The notes: generated by a model from the sequence alone, not told the origin. 17,835 nt of DNA from Candidatus Eiseniibacteriota bacterium (GCA_034440375.1 JAWXBZ010000017.1:1-17835), one strand, 5' to 3'. Numbered from the stretch's first letter, positions 1 to 9,300 are shown. Numbers and translations: made by a program.

Positions 1-94
1 AACGCCGATTGCAATGGACGAGGGTCTGCGCTTCGCCATCCGCGAAGGCGGTCGCACCGTCGGCGCCGGCGTCGTCAGCAAGATCATGGAATAA
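1..94 (+). CDS. tuf: Elongation factor Tu, C-terminal fragment (5' truncated by window)
   Basis: The frame from position 2 reads [30 protein letters not shown] (TAA 92-94), the conserved EF-Tu C-terminus. It lies directly upstream of rpsJ. Confidence 0.97.
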   Translation, partial: TPIAMDEGLRFAIREGGRTVGAGVVSKIME

Positions 95-108
95 GGGAAG
101 GGGACAAC

Positions 109-417
109 GTGTCGACCCAGCGCATTCGAATTCGCCTGCGGAGCTACGATCACGCCATTCTCGACCTGTCGGCCGGGGAGATCGTGAAGACGGCTCGTCG
201 GACCGGGGCCAAGACCGTCGGCCCGGTACCGCTGCCGACTCGCAAGACAATTTTTACGGTCAACCGGTCGCCCCACGTGGACAAGAAGTCACGGGAGCAG
301 TTCGAGATGCGGATTCACAAGCGTTTGATCGACATCTCGGAGTCCACCGCGCAGACCATCGACGCCCTGATGAAGCTGGATCTTCCGGCGGGCGTCGACA
401 TCGATATCAAGCTGTAA
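109..417 (+). CDS. rpsJ: 30S ribosomal protein S10
   Basis: Motifs [33 protein letters not shown] and [12 protein letters not shown] start with purine-rich SD upstream. Confidence 0.99.
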   Translation: MSTQRIRIRLRSYDHAILDLSAGEIVKTARRTGAKTVGPVPLPTRKTIFTVNRSPHVDKKSREQFEMRIHKRLIDISESTAQTIDALMKLDLPAGVDIDIKL

Positions 418-520
418 CGGTTGGCGCGGCGGCCATGTGGCCTCCTGCGTCGGTACAACGGTTCTGAGAACGCCCCGGGGATTCGCCCGGAAACGTTCCG
501 CCAGAACGGAGGATGAAACG

Positions 521-1156
521 ATGAGTTCCATCATTGGCCGGAAGATCGGCATGACCCAGCTCTATTCAGAGGATGGGCGTGCTGTGCCGGTCACGGTTCT
601 GGAGGCCGGACCCTGCCCCGTCGTGGGCAAGCGGACGACCGCCCAGCACGGATACGAAGCCCTGCAGATCGCCTGGGGCGAGATTCGCGAGAAAGTCATG
701 TCCAAGCCGCGGATCGGCCAGTTCAAGAAAGTTGGGCAGCCAGTGAAGCGGCGCGTGCGCGAGGTCCCGGTCATGGACGGCCTGGAAGTCGGCGGCGCGG
801 TCACCGTCGAACGCTTCACGATCGGCGCCAAGGTTGATGTCACCGGCATTTCCAAGGGACGTGGCTTCGCCGGCGTCGTCCGTCGGCATCACTTTTCCGG
901 TGGCGACAACGCCCACGGATGCAAGACCAAGAAGCAGCCCGGCTCGATCGGTGCCTCGGCCTACCCGTCCCGTGTCATCAAGGGAAAGAAGCTCCCGGGC
1001 CAGATGGGCAACAAGCAGATCACCGTCAAGAATCTCAAGGTGATCGGCATCGACCTCGCGGAGAATCTCATCTGGGTCAAGGGGGCCGTTCCCGGCCACA
1101 CCAATGCCTGGGTCATGATCAAGAGTGCCCCGAACGGTGGAAAGGGAGGCCAGTAA
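521..1156 (+). CDS. rplC: 50S ribosomal protein L3
   Basis: Motifs [40 protein letters not shown] and VKGAVPG. Start moved from 437 (ORF track) to ATG 521, after SD GGAGG at 508-512. Confidence 0.98.
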   Translation: MSSIIGRKIGMTQLYSEDGRAVPVTVLEAGPCPVVGKRTTAQHGYEALQIAWGEIREKVMSKPRIGQFKKVGQPVKRRVREVPVMDGLEVGGAVTVERFTIGAKVDVTGISKGRGFAGVVRRHHFSGGDNAHGCKTKKQPGSIGASAYPSRVIKGKKLPGQMGNKQITVKNLKVIGIDLAENLIWVKGAVPGHTNAWVMIKSAPNGGKGGQ

Positions 1157-1782
1157 TGGCAACGGCAAAACTCTACTCCATCGCCGGCAAGGAAAAGGGA
1201 ACCGTCGAACTGCCCGAGGCGGCCTTCGGAGCCCCGGCCCGTCCGGACGTCGTCTACGACGCACTCCGGTCGTACATGGCCAATCAGCGCCAGGGTACCG
1301 TGGCCACCAAGACCCGTTCGCTGGTCTCGGGGGGCGGCAAGAAGCCCTGGAAGCAGAAGGGCACTGGTCGGGCCCGTGCCGGCTCGAGCCGATCACCGAT
1401 CTGGGTCGGCGGCGGCATCGTGTTCGGTCCGCAGCCGCGAGACTACTCCTACCAGATCCCCAAGAAGATGCGTCGGCTGGCCATTCGTTCGGTTCTGTCC
1501 GATCGGGCCAAGAACGGCATGATCTACGTCATCGACGACCTGAAGTTCGAAAGCCCGAAGACCAGGCAGGTGGCCGACCTCTTCAAGACCATGTCGCTTG
1601 GCGACAAGAAGGTCCTGGTGGTGGGCGCGGGGCCGGATGTCACCCTGTATCGCTCGGTGCGCAACATCGCCGGTGCGCGGTGCATTCCCGCCGACCAGAT
1701 CAGCGTGTATGACGTTCTGGCCACCGATGTGATCATCGTCCTGAACGGCGCCCTTGAAACATTGAAGGGGGTGGCTGAATGA
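1156..1782 (+). CDS. rplD: 50S ribosomal protein L4
   Basis: Motif RQGTVATKTRSLVSGGGKKPWKQKGTGRARAGSSRSPIWVGGG..FGPQPR. ATG 1156 overlaps the rplC stop (TAATG), with SD GGGAGG upstream. Confidence 0.98.
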   Translation: MATAKLYSIAGKEKGTVELPEAAFGAPARPDVVYDALRSYMANQRQGTVATKTRSLVSGGGKKPWKQKGTGRARAGSSRSPIWVGGGIVFGPQPRDYSYQIPKKMRRLAIRSVLSDRAKNGMIYVIDDLKFESPKTRQVADLFKTMSLGDKKVLVVGAGPDVTLYRSVRNIAGARCIPADQISVYDVLATDVIIVLNGALETLKGVAE

Positions 1783-2069
1783 CCAGTCCACACAAGATGA
1801 TTGTTCGCGCCCTGATCACCGAAAAGGGAACGGTCATGCGCGAGAAATCGAACAAGTACGTTTTCCAGGTCGACACGGCCGCCAACAAGATCTCCATCCG
1901 GAAGGCCGTCGAAACCATTTTCAATGTGCATGTGGTCGAGGTCCGGACCATGAACGTCCCGGGCAAAGAGAAGCGCATGGGCAAGTTTGCCGGCTACCAG
2001 CCTGACTGGAAGAAGGCAATAGTGACCATCAAGGCCGGCGAGGCCATCGAGCTGTTCGAGCAGATCTAA
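1779..2069 (+). CDS. rplW: 50S ribosomal protein L23
   Basis: Motifs ITEK, NKYVFQVD..ANK, GKEKRMG and WKKAIVT. ATGA overlap with rplD. Confidence 0.98.
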   Translation: MTSPHKMIVRALITEKGTVMREKSNKYVFQVDTAANKISIRKAVETIFNVHVVEVRTMNVPGKEKRMGKFAGYQPDWKKAIVTIKAGEAIELFEQI

Positions 2070-2120
2070 GTTCCGACAGCCGGGCGGGCCTTCGGGCGCC
2101 GTGCCGGCCGGGAGTCAACG

Positions 2121-2945
2121 ATGGGTATCAAAAAATTCAGACCGCTGACGCCGAGCCTTCGGTACAAGACGGTTTCCGATTTTGCGGAAATCACCCGAAC
2201 CGTGCCGGAAAAGAGCCTGCTCGAGCCGCTCCATTCGTCCGGCGGGCGCGACAACAAGGGACATACCTCCACCTGGTATCGCGGGGGCGGGCACAAGCGT
2301 CGCTATCGGATCATCGATTTCCGCCGCGACAAGCGGGGCATTCCGGGCCGGGTTGATTCCATCGAGTACGATCCGAACCGGACGGCCCGCATCGCCCTCC
2401 TCGTGTACGTGGACGGTGAAAAGCGCTACATCGTGGCGCCGGACGGCCTCAAGGTCGGCGATCGGCTGGAGGCCGGTCCCGAGGTGGAAATCCGGGTGGG
2501 CAATGCGTTGCCGCTCCGGGCCATCCCGCTGGGCACCAACATTCACAACCTGGAATTGATTCCGGGTCGGGGCGGTCAGGTTGCCCGCGGTGCGGGCGCG
2601 GCCTGCCAGCTGGTGGCCAAGGAAGGCACCCACGCCCAGGTCAAGCTGCCCTCGGGCGAGGTTCGCATTTTCCACCAGGAGTGCTACGGCACGATTGGCC
2701 AGGTCGGCAATCTCGACCACGAAAATATCGTCATCGGCAAGGCCGGGCGTACGCGCTGGTCGGGGCGTCGGCCGCATAATCGCGGCGTATCGATGAACCC
2801 GGTTGACCACCCGATGGGTGGTGGTGAAGGCCGTACTTCAGGCGGGCGGCATCCCTGCTCACCGTGGGGCATGCCGGCCAAGGGTTTCAAGACTCGCAAG
2901 ACCAAGCCGTCGGACCGCCTCATTGTGCGGCGACGGAAGAAGTAG
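2121..2945 (+). CDS. rplB: 50S ribosomal protein L2
   Basis: Motifs [26 protein letters not shown] and [17 protein letters not shown]. Confidence 0.99.
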   Translation: MGIKKFRPLTPSLRYKTVSDFAEITRTVPEKSLLEPLHSSGGRDNKGHTSTWYRGGGHKRRYRIIDFRRDKRGIPGRVDSIEYDPNRTARIALLVYVDGEKRYIVAPDGLKVGDRLEAGPEVEIRVGNALPLRAIPLGTNIHNLELIPGRGGQVARGAGAACQLVAKEGTHAQVKLPSGEVRIFHQECYGTIGQVGNLDHENIVIGKAGRTRWSGRRPHNRGVSMNPVDHPMGGGEGRTSGGRHPCSPWGMPAKGFKTRKTKPSDRLIVRRRKK

Positions 2946-2963
2946 ACGGGAGCTGACGAGACC

Positions 2964-3266
2964 ATGGCACGTTCACTGAAGAAGGGTCCGTTCATCGACC
3001 CGAAACTGATGCTCAAGATCGAGGCGATGAATCGCCGCGGCGAGAAGAAAGTCCTCAAGACCTGGGCACGCCGCTCGACCATCTCGCCGGATTTCGTCGG
3101 CCACACGCTGGCCGTTCACAACGGCACCAAGTTCATTCCGATCTACGTGACCGAGAACATGGTCGGTCACAAGCTCGGCGAATTCTCCGGCACGCGGACC
3201 TTCAAGAGCCACTCGGCATCGGGCGACAAGACCTCAATGGTCAAGAAGCCCGGTCCGAAGAAGTAA
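2964..3266 (+). CDS. rpsS: 30S ribosomal protein S19
   Basis: Motifs [26 protein letters not shown] and [12 protein letters not shown]. Confidence 0.99.
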   Translation: MARSLKKGPFIDPKLMLKIEAMNRRGEKKVLKTWARRSTISPDFVGHTLAVHNGTKFIPIYVTENMVGHKLGEFSGTRTFKSHSASGDKTSMVKKPGPKK

Positions 3267-3300
3267 TCCGATCATGGCCGGTGGAACGGAGAAACAGACG

Positions 3301-3810
3301 ATGGAAGCCCGGGCAATCGCTCGTTACGTAAGAGTATCAACACGCAAGACCAACCAGGTCCTCGACCTGGTTCGTGGTCGAAGCGTTGACCTGGCCATGC
3401 AGACGCTTCAGTTCTCGACGAAGCACGTGGCCCGCACCATCCTGAAGACGTTGAAGTCCGCGGTGGCCAACGCCACCGTTAAGGAGGCGCGCCTCCACCC
3501 CGAGGACCTGTTCGTGAAGGAGTGCCTGGTCGGGCCCGGCCCGATCATGAAGCGCTTCCTGCCGCGGGCCCAGGGTCGGGCCACGCCAATTCTCAAGCGC
3601 TCCTGCCATATCACCATCGTGGTCGGAGCCAAGACCGGCCGGAAGGTCGTTACGGCCGCCCAGCCGGTGAAAGCCGCCCGGGTCACCCCGACGGCATCCA
3701 CCGAAAAGGTCGCCAAGGCCACTGCCGCCGCGCCAAAGAAAAAAACCGCCGCCAAGAAGGCGACAAAAGCCAAGTCACCCCTTCGCGAAGCGAAGGCTCC
3801 AAAGAAGTAG
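3301..3810 (+). CDS. rplV: 50S ribosomal protein L22 with Lys/Ala-rich C-terminal extension
   Basis: Motifs MEARAIARYVRVSTRK, LKSAVANA and PRAQGRA..ILKRSCHITIVV. Start ATG 3301 follows GGAG. Confidence 0.97.
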   Translation: MEARAIARYVRVSTRKTNQVLDLVRGRSVDLAMQTLQFSTKHVARTILKTLKSAVANATVKEARLHPEDLFVKECLVGPGPIMKRFLPRAQGRATPILKRSCHITIVVGAKTGRKVVTAAQPVKAARVTPTASTEKVAKATAAAPKKKTAAKKATKAKSPLREAKAPKK

Positions 3811-3825
3811 GTAGAGGGAGGATTC

Positions 3826-4629
3826 GTGGGTCAGAAAACAAATCCCATCGCACTGCGACTGGGGATCATCCGGACCTGGGACTCTCGGTGGTTCGCTCGC
3901 AAGAAGGAATATGCGAACAGCCTGGCCGAGGATATCAAGGTGCGGAAGTATATCCGCCAGCGTCTGGCCCAGGCGGGCATCAGCCGGATCATCATCCAGC
4001 GGGCGTCCAACAAGATGACCCTCAATATTGCCACCGCCAAACCCGGCCTGGTCATCGGTCGACGTGGCGCCCAGGTCGACCAGCTCCGCGACGAGCTGCA
4101 CCACCTGACCGGCAAGGAGATCTATCTCAACATTGACGAGATCAAGAAGCCCGATCTCGATGCGCAGCTGGTGGCACACCATATCGCCCGCCAGTTGGAA
4201 GGGCGCGTCTCCTTTCGCCGGGCCATGAAGAAGGCCATCCAGGCGTCGATGAAGAGCGGGGCGCTCGGCGTTCGCATCGCCTGTTCGGGCCGCCTCGGCG
4301 GTTCGGAAATGGCCCGCTACGAAACATATCGTGAAGGACGGGTGCCGCTGCACACACTGCGGGCCGACATTGACTACGCCATCTCCACCGCCTTTACGAC
4401 ATTTGGCACGTGCGGCGTCAAGGTCTGGATCTTTCATGGCGAAGTGCTCGAGAACAAGCTGGCCGAGTTGCCCGAGGTGCGTGAAGCTGAGCGCCCCCGG
4501 ACTGGAAGGGATGGGCGTGATGCCCCCCGGGATGGACGTGATGGCCGCGACGGACGTGAAGGCGGACGTGATGGGGGCCGCGCTCGCGGCCGTGACCGCG
4601 ATCCGGCTCCGGCCGGCGGCGCCCGATAG
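3826..4629 (+). CDS. rpsC: 30S ribosomal protein S3 with RDG-repeat tail
   Basis: Motifs MGQKTNPIALRLG, KPGLVIGRRG, SGRLGGSEMAR and GRVPLHTLRADIDY. GTG start after GGGAGG. Confidence 0.99.
   Translation: MGQKTNPIALRLGIIRTWDSRWFARKKEYANSLAEDIKVRKYIRQRLAQAGISRIIIQRASNKMTLNIATAKPGLVIGRRGAQVDQLRDELHHLTGKEIYLNIDEIKKPDLDAQLVAHHIARQLEGRVSFRRAMKKAIQASMKSGALGVRIACSGRLGGSEMARYETYREGRVPLHTLRADIDYAISTAFTTFGTCGVKVWIFHGEVLENKLAELPEVREAERPRTGRDGRDAPRDGRDGRDGREGGRDGGRARGRDRDPAPAGGAR
4507..4578 (+). repeat. Degenerate tripeptide (RDG) repeat in the rpsC 3' end
   Basis: Encodes RDG RDA P RDG RDG RDG REG G RDG G, with different codons in successive units. Confidence 0.75.
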
Positions 4630-4641
4630 GAGTCAGGACCA

Positions 4642-5055
4642 ATGCTTCTTCCGAGTCGAGTTAAACATCGCAAGCAACAGCGCGGCCGCATGCGCGGCAA
4701 GGCGCTGCGCGGCGGCACCATCGCCTTCGGCGACTTCGGGCTTCAGGCCATGGAGCCGGCGTGGGTGACCAACCGTCAGATTGAAGCGGCGCGTGTGGCC
4801 ATCACCCGGCACATCAAGCGCGGCGGCAAGATGTGGATCCGCATATTTCCGGACAAGCCGATCACGGTGAAGCCGGCCGAAACCCGCATGGGCAAGGGCA
4901 AGGGCAACCCGGAGTACTGGGTGGCCGTCGTCAAGCCCGGCCGGATCATGTTCGAACTGCAGGGTATCGAGTCGACCCTGGCCCGGGCGGCGCTGAAACT
5001 CGGCGCGGCCAAGCTCCCGATCAAGACCCGTTTCATCGAACGCGAGGATTTCTAG
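4642..5055 (+). CDS. rplP: 50S ribosomal protein L16
   Basis: Motifs [27 protein letters not shown] and ETRMGKGKG. Confidence 0.99.
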   Translation: MLLPSRVKHRKQQRGRMRGKALRGGTIAFGDFGLQAMEPAWVTNRQIEAARVAITRHIKRGGKMWIRIFPDKPITVKPAETRMGKGKGNPEYWVAVVKPGRIMFELQGIESTLARAALKLGAAKLPIKTRFIEREDF

Positions 5056-5056
5056 G

Positions 5057-5278
5057 ATGCCCCGCGAACTGAATGTCGAAAGAGTCCGATCGATGGATGA
5101 GGATGACATTGCGGCCCGCATCAAGGGGCTGGAGGAGGCGCTGTTCAACCTTCGCTTCCGCAATGCCATGAAGCAGCTCGAGAATCCGCTGGAGATTCGC
5201 AACCTTCGTCGCGATCTCGCCCGGCTCAAGACCATACTCAGCGAACACCGGTCGGGTCTCCGACCGCTTGGGGCCTAG
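5057..5278 (+). CDS. rpmC: 50S ribosomal protein L29
   Basis: Motif LFNLRF....[16 protein letters not shown]. Canonical position between rplP and rpsQ. Confidence 0.96.
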   Translation: MPRELNVERVRSMDEDDIAARIKGLEEALFNLRFRNAMKQLENPLEIRNLRRDLARLKTILSEHRSGLRPLGA

Positions 5279-5297
5279 GCCCGATGGAGAACCAGCC

Positions 5298-5585
5298 ATG
5301 ATGCCAACAGTGGATTCGGCGGCCACGGCCGACGAGCGCGGCCAGCGCAAGATCCGCGTCGGTCGTGTCCTGTCCAACAAGATGGACAAGACCGCCGTCG
5401 TGGTGATCGAGCGGCTGGTGAAGCACCCGGAGTACGGCCGGTATATCCGCCGCCGGAAAAAGTTTGTCATTCACGACGAGAAGAACGACTGCCAGGAAGG
5501 GGACACCGTCCGCTTCATGGAAACGCGGCCGTTGTCCAAGACCAAGCGGTGGCGGCTCGTCGAAGTCGTCGAGCGGGCCAAGTAG
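5298..5585 (+). CDS. rpsQ: 30S ribosomal protein S17
   Basis: Motifs [24 protein letters not shown] and [11 protein letters not shown]. Start is ATG 5298 or 5301, after GGAG at 5286-5289. Confidence 0.96.
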   Translation: MMPTVDSAATADERGQRKIRVGRVLSNKMDKTAVVVIERLVKHPEYGRYIRRRKKFVIHDEKNDCQEGDTVRFMETRPLSKTKRWRLVEVVERAK

Positions 5586-5597
5586 GAGTACACCGCC

Positions 5598-5966
5598 ATG
5601 ATACAAATGCGAAGCATTCTCAAGGTGTCGGATAATTCCGGTGCCCGTGTCGCCCGGATGATCAATGTGCTGGGCGGCAGTCACAAACGTTACGCCCGGA
5701 TCGGGGACATCGTGGTGGCATCCGTTCAGGACGCCATTCCCGGTGCCGCCGTCAAGAAGGGCGATGTCGTCAAGGGCGTTGTCATCCGGACCCGCAAGGA
5801 AATTCGCCGGAAGGACGGCACCTACATCCGGTTCGATCAGAACGCCATCGTCATCATCGACGATGCCCGGGAGCCTCGCGGCACCCGCATCTTCGGACCG
5901 GTGGCCCGTGAACTGCGCGACAAGCAGTTCATGAAGATCATCTCGCTCGCGCCGGAGGTCGTCTGA
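5598..5966 (+). CDS. rplN: 50S ribosomal protein L14
   Basis: Motifs MIQ...[27 protein letters not shown] and [22 protein letters not shown]. Confidence 0.99.
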   Translation: MIQMRSILKVSDNSGARVARMINVLGGSHKRYARIGDIVVASVQDAIPGAAVKKGDVVKGVVIRTRKEIRRKDGTYIRFDQNAIVIIDDAREPRGTRIFGPVARELRDKQFMKIISLAPEVV

Positions 5967-5968
5967 TC

Positions 5969-6301
5969 ATGGGACGCATCCGAATCGCAAAGGGCGACAC
6001 GGTCATGGTCATCGCGGGTGACGACAAGGGGAAGTCGGGCAAGGTTCTCATGGTCATACCCGAGAAAAACCGGGTCATCGTCGAGAAGATCAATTTCGTG
6101 AAGCGTCATATCAAACCGACTCAGCGCAACACCCAGGGCGGCATCCAGGAAAAAGAGGCGGCGGTCCATCTGTCAAACGTTCAGCTGGTCGATCCGAAAA
6201 CGGGAGAACCGACACGCATCGGCGTGAAGCGTCTCCCCGAGGGCGGACGGGAACGAATTGCCAGGAAGAGCGGCGAAACGCTTCCCCGGCCGGGCCGGTA
6301 G
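5969..6301 (+). CDS. rplX: 50S ribosomal protein L24
   Basis: KOW motif [19 protein letters not shown], plus [15 protein letters not shown]. Confidence 0.98.
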   Translation: MGRIRIAKGDTVMVIAGDDKGKSGKVLMVIPEKNRVIVEKINFVKRHIKPTQRNTQGGIQEKEAAVHLSNVQLVDPKTGEPTRIGVKRLPEGGRERIARKSGETLPRPGR

Positions 6302-6321
6302 GCGAGGAATCAGGAGTTACC

Positions 6322-6870
6322 ATGAGCAATCCGCGGTTAAAAACAGACTACGAAGAACGGGTCGTCCCGGCCATCATGGAGCGGTTCCAGTTGAAGAACC
6401 GCCACCAGGCGCCGAAGCTGGTCAAGATCGTGGTCAACATGGGTGTCGGCGACGCCATTCAAAACGCCAAACTGATGGATGCGGCCGTGACCGACCTGAC
6501 GTTGATCACCGGCCAGCGGCCGTCGATCCGCCGGGCCAAGAAGGCCATTTCCAACTTCAAGCTGCGCGAGGGTCTGGCCATCGGGTGCGCGGTCACGCTG
6601 CGCGGAACCCGGATGTGGGAGTTCTATGATCGCCTCCTTTCGGTGGCCATCCCCCGCATTCGCGATTTCCGCGGCCTGCCGATGCGTTCGTTCGACGGCC
6701 AGGGAAACTACTCGTTCGGAATCGTGGAACAGATCATCTTCCCCGAAATCAACTACGACAAGGTTGAGAAAGTCCGGGGAATGGACGTCACTCTTGTCAC
6801 CACCGCGCCCGACGACGAGCAGGGTATGGAACTGCTCAAGCTCCTGCGCTTCCCTTTCCGGGAACGCTGA
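6322..6870 (+). CDS. rplE: 50S ribosomal protein L5
   Basis: Motifs [33 protein letters not shown] and [18 protein letters not shown]. Confidence 0.99.
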   Translation: MSNPRLKTDYEERVVPAIMERFQLKNRHQAPKLVKIVVNMGVGDAIQNAKLMDAAVTDLTLITGQRPSIRRAKKAISNFKLREGLAIGCAVTLRGTRMWEFYDRLLSVAIPRIRDFRGLPMRSFDGQGNYSFGIVEQIIFPEINYDKVEKVRGMDVTLVTTAPDDEQGMELLKLLRFPFRER

Positions 6871-6914
6871 GTCGTCGGACGTGAACTACCAACGCTCGAA
6901 CTGAAGGAGAGATC

Positions 6915-7100
6915 GTGGCCAAGAAGTCCATGATCGAAAAGTGGAAACGCACGCAGAAGTTCAAGGTGCGTCACCACAATCGTTGTGGTAAGTGCGGTCG
7001 TCCGCGAGCCTATCTGCGGAAGTTCGCCCTGTGCCGTATTTGTTTCCGGGATCTGGCCCTGTTCGGCCAGATACCCGGTATCACCAAGGCCAGCTGGTAG
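6915..7100 (+). CDS. rpsN: 30S ribosomal protein S14, short zinc-binding (type Z, C+) form
   Basis: 61 aa with RCGKCGRPR and LCRICFR (two CxxC), ending [12 protein letters not shown] start after AAGGAG. Confidence 0.98.
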   Translation: MAKKSMIEKWKRTQKFKVRHHNRCGKCGRPRAYLRKFALCRICFRDLALFGQIPGITKASW

Positions 7101-7193
7101 CCAGCGGCAGGCGCCGTCACTCGTGCTTCCGGGACCCGAATGCGGTTCCCGGAGCGGCGGCGTACCCCCGTTGGATGAGGAGGAGCGACATCG

Positions 7194-7592
7194 ATGTCCG
7201 TCAGCGACCCGATCGCCGACATGTTGACCTGTATTCGTAACGCGGCTCAGGCCCGGCACCGCCGGGTTGACGTGCCCGCGTCGCGGATCAAGCAGGAGAT
7301 CGCCGGCGTACTGCTGCGCGAGAACTACGTGGCCAACGTCAAGCGTATGGAAGACAACAAGCAGGGAATGCTGCGCATTTACCTGCGCTACGACGACGAG
7401 GAAAAATCCATCATCACCGGCATCAAGCGGGTTTCATCGCCGGGACGGCGGGTTTATGTCAACCGGCACACCGTGCCGCGCGTTCAGGGCGGTATGGGCA
7501 CCGCCATCGTTTCCACCTCGCATGGCATCCTGACCGATCGGGAGGCCCGCGTTCGCGGCCTCGGCGGTGAGCTGCTCTGCATGGTCTGGTAG
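7194..7592 (+). CDS. rpsH: 30S ribosomal protein S8
   Basis: Motifs DPIADMLT.IRNA, RVSSPGRRVY, IVSTSHGILTD and GGELLC.VW. SD GAGGAGG. Confidence 0.99.
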   Translation: MSVSDPIADMLTCIRNAAQARHRRVDVPASRIKQEIAGVLLRENYVANVKRMEDNKQGMLRIYLRYDDEEKSIITGIKRVSSPGRRVYVNRHTVPRVQGGMGTAIVSTSHGILTDREARVRGLGGELLCMVW

Positions 7593-7602
7593 GGGGGCGC
7601 TC

Positions 7603-8142
7603 ATGTCCCGCGTCGGCAAGAAGATCATCACCATCCCCGCCGGTGTATCGGTGGCCTGGAAGGACGGCGAGGTCCGCGTCAAGGGACCGAAGGGCGAACT
7701 GGCCCTGCGGCCCCTGTCCGGCATCGACATCCAGGTCGAGGGGGACACGCTTTCGGTCGTCAACACGTCGACCGAGCGTTCCGGTCACGCCATCCACGGT
7801 CTCACGCGCGCCCTGATCAACAACCAGGTCGTGGGTGTTTCCGATGGTTACAAGAAGGTTCTGGAAATCGTCGGTACCGGTTACCGCACATCACTCGCGG
7901 GTCGGACACTCACGTTCCAGCTGGGCTATTCCCACTCGATCGAATTCCCTCTTCCCGCCGGGGTCGAAGCCAGGGTGGAATCTCCCACTCGCCTCGAAGT
8001 TTCCGGTATCGACAAGCAGCTCGTCGGCCAGGTGGCGGCCAACATCCGCCGCCTCCGGCCGCCCGAGCCGTACAAGGGAAAGGGTGTGAAGTATGAAGGT
8101 GAGTACATCCGGCGAAAAGCCGGCAAGTCGGCCGGCGCGTAA
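7603..8142 (+). CDS. rplF: 50S ribosomal protein L6
   Basis: Motifs MSRVGKK.I.IPAGV, VKGPKGEL, LGYSH and RPPEPYKGKGVKY. Start moved to ATG 7603. Confidence 0.98.
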   Translation: MSRVGKKIITIPAGVSVAWKDGEVRVKGPKGELALRPLSGIDIQVEGDTLSVVNTSTERSGHAIHGLTRALINNQVVGVSDGYKKVLEIVGTGYRTSLAGRTLTFQLGYSHSIEFPLPAGVEARVESPTRLEVSGIDKQLVGQVAANIRRLRPPEPYKGKGVKYEGEYIRRKAGKSAGA

Positions 8143-8160
8143 CGCCGGAGGCAGGGGAGC

Positions 8161-8544
8161 ATGAAGATAATTTCCCGAGATCGGCGCACCTCCCGCGACA
8201 AGCGTCACGGGCGTATCCGCCGGAAGCTGAGCGGCGAGGCCGGTTGTCCGCGCCTCTGTGTTTTTCGCAGTGACAAGCACATCTATGGTCAGTTGATCGA
8301 CGACGCGTCGGGCACCACGCTTCTCACGGTGGGCAGCCTGTCGGTGGACGTCAAGGGTCGGATCGGCACCCTGGAGGGTGCCCAGGGCAAGACGGGTTGT
8401 GCACGGGCCGTTGGCGTCGTGCTGGCTGAGAAGGCAAAGGAAAAGGGAGTTACCCGGGTCCGTTTCGATCGTGGAGGCTATTTGTACCATGGTCGTGTGA
8501 AGGCTCTGGCCGACGGCGCCCGTGAGGGCGGCCTGGAATTTTGA
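8161..8544 (+). CDS. rplR: 50S ribosomal protein L18
   Basis: Motifs [19 protein letters not shown] and [26 protein letters not shown]. Confidence 0.99.
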   Translation: MKIISRDRRTSRDKRHGRIRRKLSGEAGCPRLCVFRSDKHIYGQLIDDASGTTLLTVGSLSVDVKGRIGTLEGAQGKTGCARAVGVVLAEKAKEKGVTRVRFDRGGYLYHGRVKALADGAREGGLEF

Positions 8545-8560
8545 TTCGGAGGACGGAGCC

Positions 8561-9121
8561 GTGACACCGCGCTACGATAGCCAGGAAAGCGAATACGTCG
8601 AACATGTGGTGCAGATCAATCGCTGCGCCAAGGTGGTCAAGGGCGGCCGCCGGTTCTCATTCAATGCCATCGTCACCGTGGGTGACAAGATGGGTCGCGT
8701 CGGAATCGGTCTCGGCAAGGCCAATGAAGTGGCTGATGCCATCCGCAAGGCTTCCGAAGCGGCTCGCAAGGGAATGGTCCGGATTCCGCTGGTCAAGGGG
8801 ACAATTCCCCACGAGATCATCGGCGTTTTCGGGGCAGGCCGCGTGCTGCTGAAGCCCGCGTCGCCCGGTACCGGCGTCATCGCCGGCGGTGCGGTCCGGC
8901 CGGTGCTCGAGGCGGCCGGTGTTCAGGATGTGCTTACCAAGTCGATCGGTTCGACCAACCCGCACAACGCGGTGAAGGCCGTCTTCAACGGCTTGACCCG
9001 CCTTCGCAAGATCGGTGATGTGGCCAAGCTGCGCAAGAAGCATGTGTCGGATTTTTACGACCAGAAGTCTGATTTCAACGACACCAAGGCGCCGGTGGTC
9101 GTGGAGGGCGGCAATGGCTAA
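8561..9121 (+). CDS. rpsE: 30S ribosomal protein S5
   Basis: Motifs [35 protein letters not shown] and [10 protein letters not shown]. Probable GTG start at 8561 after GGAGG/GGAG. Confidence 0.97.
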   Translation: MTPRYDSQESEYVEHVVQINRCAKVVKGGRRFSFNAIVTVGDKMGRVGIGLGKANEVADAIRKASEAARKGMVRIPLVKGTIPHEIIGVFGAGRVLLKPASPGTGVIAGGAVRPVLEAAGVQDVLTKSIGSTNPHNAVKAVFNGLTRLRKIGDVAKLRKKHVSDFYDQKSDFNDTKAPVVVEGGNG

Positions 9122-9299
9122 GGAAATTCATGTGACCCAGGTGCGGAGCATCATCAAGTCCGGCTTCATGATGGAGCGGACGATCCGTGCATTGGGTCTG
9201 ACGAGGATCCGCCAGACGGTCGTGCACGATGACACGCCGCAGATCCGCGGGATGATCAACAAGGTGAAGCATCTCATTTCGGTGAAGGAGGTCGGCTGA
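9114..9299 (+). CDS. rpmD: 50S ribosomal protein L30
   Basis: Sequence [12 protein letters not shown]...[34 protein letters not shown] 9114 overlaps the rpsE end, with SD GGAGG. Confidence 0.96.
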   Translation: MAKEIHVTQVRSIIKSGFMMERTIRALGLTRIRQTVVHDDTPQIRGMINKVKHLISVKEVG

Positions 9300-9300
9300 C

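Noticed and set aside
437..520. N-terminal extensions in the ORF track for rplC (also rplD 919, rplV 3274, rpsQ 5268, rplF 7567, rpsE 8522, rpmD 9015, map 11648, rpsD 13855)
   Set aside because: These come from longest-ORF calling. Downstream starts have proper SD spacing and match the family N-termini.
6302..6380. E. coli-type S8 operator at the rplX-rplE junction
   Set aside because: I could not identify a convincing bulged helix spanning the rplE start by eye.
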